From Cyanophora paradoxa CCMP329 (Eukaryota; Plantae; Glaucophyta), in assembly GCA_004431415.1 (NCBI GenBank), contig QPMI01000679.1, forward strand, positions 1 to 64,000: a stretch of 64,000 nt of DNA. Direction: 5' to 3'. Numbering within the stretch: position 1 is the first letter of the stretch; each line of letters starts with the position of its first letter. Position numbers and translations under genes: made by a program. This document shows, piece by piece, positions 38,093-47,625 of the stretch. The notes under the pieces were generated by a model, which saw only the letters and a program-made list of their open reading frames with translations, made no database searches and was not told where the DNA came from.

Positions 38093-38409
38093 TTCATAAT
38101 TAACTTCTATCCAGCAAATGAGGAAGGCAAAGTAGTGTTATATAATTACGTGCACGCATGATCATGATCAACAAGGTGCCTGCTCGAGCAGGCGAGGCGA
38201 ATTCGAAGCCGGATCGGAGCTGCGTGTGCGCGAACTCAGTGATTCCTAATATTAATTAATATGTATACGCAACATATAATACCCCCGGCCGCGGGCCCCT
38301 CCCCGAAGAAGGCATTTGCTGCGCTGCGCATGCTGGCATTTCTTCGTAGCTATAGAATTCTAATATCAACATTGATCTGGAAGTGGCGTTTCTTTATAGA
38401 ATTCTAATA

Positions 38410-40264
38410 TTAATATTGATTTGGAAGTGCTACACGGACGTCTGCAGCACTGCGACTCTCGAGCTTGTACACAGCAAGAGTTGCGTTGTACCCGCCAGGA
38501 CCGGGAAGGGATTCCATCCAGGCTATTGGCGCAAGGAATATGATTGTGAGAATCCTGTCGCGTATTTATGAGGGACAGGTGAGGCAAACGCTAGCTACAG
38601 CCCACAACGGCGCCAGCAGACCTCTTGATGCCTCGAGTGACTTCCTCTCCCCTGTGGATGGCGAGATCGTCACAGAATAACGTGCCCTGTAGATGTGTGC
38701 GGGCGAACGGTTTAGCTGTAGTTGGGATGAAGGAGACCATTGATATCGAGTTTACTGGCTTACCTTCGTAAGCAAATCGAATTTAAGGGCCCATCCTGAT
38801 CGAGATCGCCGCGATCATTCATGATCAGCTGTTACATTTGCGTTTGTGTGCTAAATTGTACGTTCTATCACGCACCCACGGGGCCCTTGACGCTGAGGCC
38901 AAGGTTGACGAACTCCGTGTGCCCGCCGTCGTAGTCCGTAGAAAGCCAAACAACGACGCCCGTTCTCCACTGTCGGCCATCTCCGAACCTGTGCATACTT
39001 CAAATTCGAGCTTGGGCGGGGCGCGTGCCGGGGGTTCCGGTGAAGAGCGAACCGGCGATACCATTCGCCGCAGTCCTCCTCGCAACAGGCGTCATTGTGG
39101 TACTTGGACTATGTGTACGACGACAGTCCGACAGTCAGGTCGCGATCGAAAAATCATAACGCTGCAGCTGACTGCAAAACGCGCGCTGTGGAAAATTAAA
39201 AGCGGACCGTCACATGATGCTTTTCTTCTGGGTCGATGCTGTACATGTCCATGACATTGTTAGGTGTTTATATATGTAATTCATTTCGGGGGATATCTAT
39301 TCGCTAGTCATTGAGCGCACGTTATAATAGACGCGTAGCTGCGAAGATCGTCGTAAACGTGGCTTGAGTCCAATTTATCTGCAATTCTTTGCAATGCATC
39401 GCGAGCTTGTGCGTCCAATCCGTTGTCTGTGACAGTGCGTTACGTTAGCCACTGCAAACACATGTCGTTCAAAAATCCGCCATTCGAATTCTTTTAGCAT
39501 GTTTGGTGTACGCGCGCGCGCACAATGCGGATTGAACCACAGCACATGGGAGCCTTTTGTGAGCTCGCTATCGGCGAGCGTGTTAAGGTAGCTCACGTCA
39601 TCCTCGGACAAGACGCTGAAGAACTGCGCATCCGCGGCATGCGCAGTTCAATATATATTTTATATAGGAATAGCACCATAGTGAGCCGTCAAAATAATTT
39701 ATTTGAAATTCGCAAGAAGCTTAAGAGTGCGACGGTACGGGCCTCAGGGTCTCCATAGTCCGCGTCGCCGGAGAGGCCTTCGAATACGCGATTGTGTCCA
39801 TGAGGCCGCTCGATCGCGAGCTCCTGAAGCTCGAGCTCGCCGGACGCATGAGGGGCGCCGTTCATTTCTGCGGTGCAGGGAGGCGCATAATTATAACATG
39901 GCCAGCTCCTCTCCAGTTTAGAACCCCGGACAGCCGGCGCCATGCATGCGCATGCATATGCATATATTTGCTACGCACCGTATAAGTACGCATCGCGATC
40001 GTGGTCGTGTACATTTACATGTTCGTTCGCGTAATCATGTGCGCAGCATGCGCACACTATAGCTAGTACTATCCACGCCGATGCCAGCAGGGCTTGAAGG
40101 AAAGGTAACGATCGCGACGTCGACAGCTGCAGCCGGCGCAGCGGCCGCTCGAAGACTAATGCTCGGAAACTCGTACGCGTGCACGTGGAACCGTCGATCG
40201 CATATGCATGCAAATGCGTGCCTGTGCAAATTTTGCTCGCTTTGAAGCGCATTTGTGTGCGCAT
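38410..40264 (-). CDS. Prolyl-4-hydroxylase-like 2OG/Fe(II) oxygenase, paralog 2
   Basis: Hydrophobic LPFLQALLASAWIVLAIVCACCA; FFSVLSEDDVSYLNTLAD; KYHNDACCEEDCGEWYRR|FGDGRQWRTGVVVWLSTDYDGGHTEFVNLGLSVKGPV|GWALKFDLLTK|GTLFCDDLAIHRGEEVTRGIKR|ILTIIFLAPIAWMESLPGPGGYNAT. Confidence 0.85.
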
Positions 40265-40887
40265 GCCTGAGGCCCAGGCTGAGGGCTAAAACCTATTAGG
40301 CTAAAGCTTATCAGCTGCCGCGAGTGCGCCGGCCTCGGGTCGCGGACTCGCGGCCCGCGGGCCGGCCGCCATCAGTGGCCCATCACTGCGCGCGCCGTGC
40401 ATGACTGCGGGACCCGCGGGCGTGCCCGGGCCCCGGGAGTCTGCGCACTACGGCACTGCGGCATGCGCATGCCGGGCCATTGCCGGCCCACTGGGCCAGT
40501 GCACGCGCGGCGTATACGTATTACGTACCGGTACAGTAACGTACTACGGTACGTGGCAGGCTGGCACCGTGGCCCGTGGGCCGTGGGCCGTACGCGTGGG
40601 CCGTCCACTGCATGGCCATGGGCCATGGGCCACGTGGCACCGGCCCACTGGGCCAGTGGCACGTGCGCACTGTGATAGGCAGCATCATAGGCTGACAGAC
40701 AGAGACAGTGGCCTGTCAGAGACTCAGAGGCTGTCACTGGCTCAGGCTGACACTGGCGTTACACTGGCCGGGCGTACGGTACCGTACAGTCCGTACTACG
40801 GTAGTACGCGTACGGTAGACTACCGGTAACTCAGAGGCGGTACTAGGTACTCTCTGAAACAAAATTAAACTTATAATTTTTAATTAC

Positions 40888-41061
40888 CCGCGCTTTAGCG
40901 CAGTGGTATAAGGTCGTGCTACGACCTCCCGGATTCCCGGGTTCGGTTCCTGCTGTTTCCGCTACGTTGTACTTCGAATCCCTGTGATTCCCGATACCGT
41001 GACTTGTATCCTCGTTGTGTACTACGAGTGGGCACGCCCACCGTAGAAAAAAAAAAAAAAA
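40888..41061 (+). mobile_element. tRNA-derived SINE-like element
   Basis: Pol III A-box-like tagcgcagtgg (40896-40906), B-box-like ggttcggttcc (40940-40950), 3' stem-loop ctacg(a)gtgggc-ac-gcccaccgtag, then A15 (41047-41061). No tRNA acceptor stem and no clear TSD. Confidence 0.55.
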
Positions 41062-42053
41062 GTAGTAAAAATTAATTCGAAGGACGAAGGAGTCGGAAGG
41101 AATCGGAAGAAGGACCCGTGCCGCCATGCATATATATATGGCCAGCGGCCCAGCGCCGGCCCGCGTCGGGCCGCGGCCGGGCCGTGCCGCGGGCCGCCGG
41201 GCCGCGGCCCGCGGCGCGCGGCCCGGCCGCCGGGCCGGCCGGGCCGCCCGGCCCGCCCCGGCCCGCCCGGCGGCGGGCCGGCGGCCCGGCGTTTGGCCAG
41301 CTGCACTGGCAGCACTGGCAGGCTGTGGCAGCTGCACTGCCGCAGACAGGCCCTGACTCAGTGAGGCCCGCTCAGAGGCCGGCGCAGGCCGCTCTGGCCC
41401 CGCACTGGCCCGCAGTGCGCATGCCATGATGCGGCAGGCTGCAGCCTGCCAGGCTGCGCGCAGGCTGCAGCCTGCCAGCTGCAGGGCCAGTGCAGGCCCG
41501 GCCGCCCGGGCTGCAGCCCCAGCTGCAGGCCTAGGGCCCAGACTGGCCCCCAGTCCCTATAGTCCCTATAGCTAGTAGAGCCCCGCCCTCGGAGAAGACG
41601 TACCATACTGGACGGTCCGACGTTGGCGCGTACCGCGGCGCACGTATCCGTAATACGTGTTCGCCGCTAATACGGTCATGATAATTGCCGCTGAGCGCTG
41701 GGCGCTAGCTATGCACTGCAGCATGCATATGCGCGCGGCAGCGCTCTGCGGGTCTGCAGCTGCACGCGCGGGCAGCGCGGAGTTGACGCCGCCTGCGGCC
41801 GACGCCGACTCGCCCGGCGGCCGTCGAGTCGCCTATCGCGAGTCGGTCACGAGTCGGCCCGCGGTAACGCGTACACGCAGCTGCAGCCGGTCGCGATCGC
41901 CGTTGACGCTGTCACACTGTGCACGCCCGCCGCGGCGCCGCCGCCCGGCCGTCACTGCCCGTCAGCTGCCCGTATACGTACGCGTGCATTATGCATATGT
42001 ACACACTGTGACAGTGTTGTAGGCAGCGCGCGGTCGCGCGCGCGGCGCTGATC

Positions 42054-43738
42054 ATGAGCGGCGCCGCACACGCCGTAGGTTATCAGCCCGTACGTGTTTG
42101 TATCCTCGTCACAAGTGCTGTGGCCATTGTTCTTCATCATCATCACGTACGCGTATTCGTTCAGGTGCACATTTGAATGAATTTTCGTTAAAGACGCTGC
42201 GCATGCTGATCATGAGCTCCGGATCCGGGCCCACGTCTGAACAGCCCAGCGCTTGCCGCCACAGGCGCGGACAACAGATACGCTTCGCGCCCTTATGCCG
42301 AGGAGGAAGTAAAAGTGCGATCGCAATTTCTTCCTGGCCCCGATCGATATCGCGAGCTCCGAGCGATCTCTGCGGCTGACGCATGTACGCATATGGATCG
42401 ATAGCTCTTCAGGCTCCTTCCTCTCGGCGATGTCGACTTCATTTTGCAGTGGGCATTCGCAAATGCCACCAATATTGAAGAGAGGCACGTGCACAAATTC
42501 TTCAGCCCGCATGGTAAAACCCTTAATTTTTATAAGTTTATAAGCTGCTGTGTTCTTCTCCGAGCTGAAGGCTCAAGGTTGACCCTTGGTGCACTTGTGT
42601 AGATCCTCGACTCCCTGCCCGATTTCGCTCAGCTATCGAAGCGCTTTTACGACGGGTGGGCCCCGATTTTGCGTACGAAGACCTCGCGCCCCTTGCAGGC
42701 ATCTATTCTCAGCGGTCAGCGGCGGATATATAGCTAGAATCCCGCCATTCCCTTGCAGGCAGTGCAGCGCGCGGCTGCTAATTCAACGCACACTCTTCTG
42801 CACACACGCAGAGCCGGCCCAGGCGGCGTTCACTCTCAGGTACGCCGCATGCTCTCTTTGCACTGGCCCGATAATACTAATATTGCCATAATTAATATTG
42901 TTTCTGCTTTCTTTGTTTCCCAGTACCACTGCGATGCTTGCTGCCACCCTGATTGCACGGAGTGGTACCGGACGATATGGTGAATTCGAAGCCCACTGCC
43001 ACGCCGTCCGCTTTCATCGACATCCGTTCCTTGTTTAATTTACTCATCGAATGACGAATCGAAGGGCTATGGAGGGTCGACAGTATCGTACCGTCTTCCA
43101 CGTTTATCTGAATGATGATTTCGACGGCGGGCACCTCGAGTTTCCGGTGCGTCACGCTTTGTATACGTACTCTGAAACGGTCGATCGATCGAGACCAAGT
43201 TAATTGAGCAAACGTCGGGCGAAACAGAACCTCGGGCTCAGCGTCAAAGCCCCCACTGGCACGGCGTTTATATATTTGTATTGCGGCCAAATATTCGCGG
43301 CTAATTATGAGAGATTTTGAGCTTGCAGGCTGGGTAGTCGCGTTCACATCATTGGCGCAGGTGCCTGTTAAACTGATGAACGTTTGAATGACGATAGAAT
43401 ACGTCTTCATGTACATAACGCCTGCTCAGAACTCGACCTTTTGTCATGAGCACGCCATCCACCGTCTTGAAAACATCAAGAAAGGAACGAAAAAGTGAGC
43501 TAGCGCTGGGCCACACGATTTCCCTGCTGCTGCAAACACATTTCTTTTAATTTATGTGTCTGCGAACTCGAGCTTACTGGATTGCATGCGCAGGTGGCTA
43601 GCTCTGAAAAGTTTGGCTCCAATTTCGTGGATGGAAAGTCTGGAAGGGCCCCCTGGGTTCAACAGCACTTACGTATCGGAGAGGATGGCAGAGAGACCGC
43701 ACGCGCGCATTCCAACTCTTTCGGAACTTTACAGATAA
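42054..43738 (+). CDS. Prolyl-4-hydroxylase-like 2OG/Fe(II) oxygenase, paralog 3 (start uncertain)
   Basis: YHCDACCHPDCTEWYRTIW|AMEGRQYRTVFHVYLNDDFDGGHLEFP|NLGLSVKAPT|GWVVAFTSLAQ|NSTFCHEHAIHRLENIKKGTKK|WLALKSLAPISWMESLEGPPGFNST; N-terminal hydrophobic VRVCILVTSAVAIVL. Confidence 0.8.
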
Positions 43739-43882
43739 TTTATAACACACCGTATACGTAGTACCGCATGCGCATGCGCGCGTTCACATAGTGTGAACGA
43801 CATTTTCAATTCTAGGTCCGGGTCGCAACGAGTCCATAACAGCACACATGCCTCTAGCTATAGTACAACGCATGCGACTCGC

Positions 43883-43977
43883 AGCGATTCGCAGGCAGCC
43901 GGCGCCCGCAGCCGGCGCCGGGCCGAATGTAGATCTAGCGATTCGCACGCAGCCGGCGCCGGGCCGAACGTAGATCT
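43883..43977. repeat. Short imperfect tandem duplication
   Basis: agcgattcgca(g/c)gcagccggcgcc...gggccgaa(t/c)gtagatct occurs twice. Confidence 0.7.
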
Positions 43978-45387
43978 GCAGGCATAACGCCATGGGGCGC
44001 ACGGCGCATCTCACGTGGTGCATCGCACGTGGCCATGGGCGGGAGCGGGCGCACGGGGGGGCTACAGCTGCAGCTGGGAGGGGGGTTGGGGGGGGTGGGG
44101 TGGGTGTCGGGAGGTCGGGGTGTCGGGGACGGAGGGGGGAGGGGGGTCGGGCGATTACAAATTTTCAATGTTAATGCGCTTTGAAGTGTAATTATAAGCC
44201 ACTACGCCTGATCATGAGTTACAGTCACATTTGGTTTCACATTCCAGAGAGAGAAGGGGGCCGAGACGTGCACGTGGTCAGGGGGGGGTCGCAGGCGCTA
44301 GGGAGCTGAAGGGGGGCTCCCGGGGGCGGACTGGGCGCGCTGGCCATGGGGCCCGCTGGGGAGCGCTGCGCGTGTTGGGGCCGAGGCGGGCGGGCGGCAC
44401 GGGGCCGGGGGGCGGGACCGACGTCGACACCGTTCTGGCGCTCGCTGATCATGAGCTGCCAGGCTGCTCAGCTTCATCACGCGTACGGCCGCCCTGCGGC
44501 GGGCGCAGCGGGGCGAGGTGCGCCACAGTCGCCGCGCTCGCTGGCCCTCGAGCTCGCCCGCCGCCGGCTGCGTACCGTTGGGTGGCCATGGGGGGAGCCG
44601 GGGGAGCCCGCAGGGGTACGGTCCGGCGGGGGCGGGAGATCTAGAGCCCGCAGGGGGGTGGGGAGCCTGCAGGGGCCCACTGTGGGCCCGCCGGGGGTCC
44701 GCCGGGGCCGGGGTCAGGGGGCCCATTGGGGACCAGGGCCCTGCCGGGGGCCGACAGGTTGGGCCTACAGCGGGCATGGCCGTCGACGTCGTACGCGTGG
44801 CATGGCCATTCACGGTATGCATGGCCACTCCATGTGCCACTTTGGCGCATGAATTGCAGAGCTGCGTGTCGAGGACGTCATAATTACGCCGTACTGGTGG
44901 TACAGCTGCGCGGACTCGGACGAATTCAAATTCGAGCTAAATTAATATTCGAGCATTTTTGGGGAGGGTACCTTTTTTGCCTCCACGATTTTCAGAGTTT
45001 CACTGACCGATACGGCCCCCCGCCCCCGTCTCATGATCATGATCACGTGGGACGGTCGGGGACCTGGGCGACACTAAGGGCGACACTAAGATCATGATCA
45101 TGAGGCTAGGGGTTGAACGTTAACAAGGGTATATATAGAGAAAGACTGCTCAAAGGCTGACTTGGGGCTTGCAATTGCAATTGGAGCCGGAGGGGCTCCT
45201 GAAAGGCCGAGGAGCGCGGCGAGGCTGCGCTGGACCTTATCCTTGGCGCATCAGCATGTTTTATTATATTAACCGAAATATACACTATAATTATCAGTTG
45301 CAATCCGATATTGTACGATATCCGCTAGCTATTGCGCATATATGCTAGCTATAGCTATAGTAGCTTGCCAAGTTGCAATTGAACAGG

Positions 45388-46255
45388 TTACGACCGCAGC
45401 AGCTCTTCGCAGGCCATCGCGAGCGCCGCGGCGATCGCGAAGGCGCCGAAGGAGAATCCCACGTACACCCAGCGCGCCGGGGAGGTGGAACTGGCGGCGC
45501 CGCGGTTGCGCCATATGAAGACGTCGTCGCCGGTCGCGTACGTCTTGTTAGGGTCGTAATCGGATAAAGAAGGGTCGTAATAAGGGCTGGCAACTTGGAA
45601 CTGTTCGCGAGATGTGTGAGCCACGTGTATATATACGTACTTCTGTATTCGATGTACAGCGTAGAGCCTCGGAGAGCGGCCGGATCTGGAACGCACCGGC
45701 GTTGGCGTCGGCAAGGGCCTCCGCGTTGGCGTGGGCGCGGGCCTCCGCGAGGGGTTCGGGTCCTGACTCGGGATCGGGCGTCTGGTGGGGCTCGGCCGCG
45801 GGCTCGGGCTCGGGCTCGGGCTTGGGCTAGGGCTCGGCCTCCTGCTGGGGCTCGGCGACGGGGTGGCGGATGCGGGGGCGGCTTGCGAGCTCGAGTTTGA
45901 ATTCGACGGGGGCAACGCGGTGGGCGTCGCGGCCGGCCCGAGACCTGGGATCTCCGACGGGGCTGGGCTGGGCGACGGGCTCGGAGTTGGAGTCGGAGAT
46001 GGGCTGCCGAATTCGAATATTCGATGGATGCAAGTAATCAGCTCATATAGCTCAATGAGCATCCGCAGACAAATGCACTTACGTCGCCGTGGCCGGGATG
46101 GGTTGTACGCAGACGCCGGTTTGGAATCCGGTTGGGAAGCACAGTTGAAATCCATACGGTATACAATCGGCACTGTTGGTGCAGCCTATGGCACCTACGC
46201 CGCCCAAGAGGGCGGCCGCCAGCACTGCGACGAGGACGCGCCCGATCATGACCAT
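45388..46255 (-). CDS. Secreted (Ser/Thr-Pro)n-rich surface protein B, probable GPI anchor, 3 exons
   Basis: Signal MVMIGRVLVAVLAAALLGGVGA; 4-Cys module CTNSADCIPYGFQLCFPTGFQTGVC; stalk PSPTPTPSPSPSPAPS...PSPSPSPSPSPRPSPTRRP; tail NRGAASSTSPARWVYVGFSFGAFAIAAALAMA. Confidence 0.85.
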
Positions 46256-46268
46256 ATGCTTCGAATTC

Positions 46269-46568
46269 GTAAACGTACGCGTATCGGCCATGAGCGCTCT
46301 GGTTATCGTAGCTATAGTATTGTTATCGTATACGTAGCTATAGTATGCATATGGCGGAATTCGACCAGGCGGCACTGCGACAGAGCAGCCCGGCGGCCTG
46401 ACAGCCTCAGCTACGTGCTTGGTAAACGTACGTATACGCGTACGCGTATCGGCCATGAGCGCTCTGGTTATCGTAGCTATAAAATGGTTATCGTAGCTAT
46501 AGTATGGCGGAATTCGATCGCGACCAGGCGCCACTGCGGCAGAGCAGCATATAGCTAGGCCTGACAAG
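46269..46568. repeat. Diverged tandem duplication (~140 bp x2) upstream of surface protein B
   Basis: Copies 46269-46404 and 46422-46568 share tatcggccatgagcgctctggttatcgtagctata and further blocks; they differ largely by short palindromic insertions. Confidence 0.85.
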
Positions 46569-47166
46569 TCGTGCAAGTATACGTACGAGTTGAACCGTGC
46601 AACGCGGTATACGTAATCATTGAATTTCTGCGGTACGTACTACACGAGCAGTATACTAGTTGCAGAACTTCGGATTTTACATCGATGTTGGTGATCACAT
46701 CACTGCTTAACATCGATATCATGTCACAGTGTCATGATAATATCACTGCTTGCGACGCCGATCGAATGTTAATATGTTTTGGCCAGTTTTCATTGTTTTT
46801 TCGCCGGGAATTCGAATCGGGGCGATGGAAAAGACGAAGCCGGCGCCGGTTTTTCATAGAAACTTGAAAATTGAACTTTTCAAGTCTCCACATAACATGC
46901 TAAGAGGCTAGTAGGAGTCTATAACCGCTGAGCTAGGAGCCTAGGACCCGGCAAAGACCCGAACTTCGGAGTTCGAACTTCGGATCGGAGTTCGAAATTC
47001 GCGATCGGAGTTCGAACTTCGGAGTTAACGTTAACGTTTGAACGTTCAACGGTTTAATTTACCGTATACGTAGTACTTCGAGTTTGAACTTGGAAAACTT
47101 AACGTACGCGGCGCGTGGATTATCATTCCACAAAGCCCGAGTCACCGAGTCATATCGTGTCCGACG

Positions 47167-47625
47167 GTCACTCGAAGACGTCGACGGGGACATCTTAATT
47201 AATAAGCTTGATCCATAGCCACGTGTGCGGCCGCGGGCGGATGATTCGAGTGAGGCCGCGTAAAAGGGCGTAAAAAATTCGAGCCGCCGGCGCCAGCGCT
47301 AGCACTCGGCGCGCGCGCCAGCGATCGCGACCGGCGCGCTAGCATGCGCATGCGTGTCGAGGACCTTATATATAATTACGCCACGCATGCATGCATGCGT
47401 GCACGTGTGATCTCTAGATCTGAGTCCCTGAGTTAGATTTTCAGAGTCCTAGTTTTAATTTATTCGACATTTCTTATACGAGTCACTCGAAGACGGCCGG
47501 GGAGATTTTGATCTATAGCCACGTGGAAGGGCGGATGATTCGAGTGAGGCCACGCATAAGGGCGTAAAAATTCGAGCCGCCAGCGTTCGAATTCGGCGCG
47601 CCAACGATCGCGACCGGTGCGATAG
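47167..47625. repeat. Decayed duplicate (47167-47343) of the exonuclease gene 3' end (47482-47625)
   Basis: Shared blocks gtcactcgaagac, atagccacgtg, gggcggatgattcgagtgaggcc, aagggcgtaaaaa, ttcgagccgcc, cgatcgcgaccgg. Confidence 0.85.

Noticed and set aside
40888-40965. Functional tRNA gene
   Set aside because: No acceptor-stem pairing or 7-nt anticodon loop; followed by a body and poly(A), so better read as SINE-like.
36259-43738. Oxygenases as TET/JBP or AlkB DNA-modifying enzymes
   Set aside because: Signal peptides, conserved N-glycosylation sequons and the Lys-type 2OG-binding motif point to secretory P4H-like enzymes.
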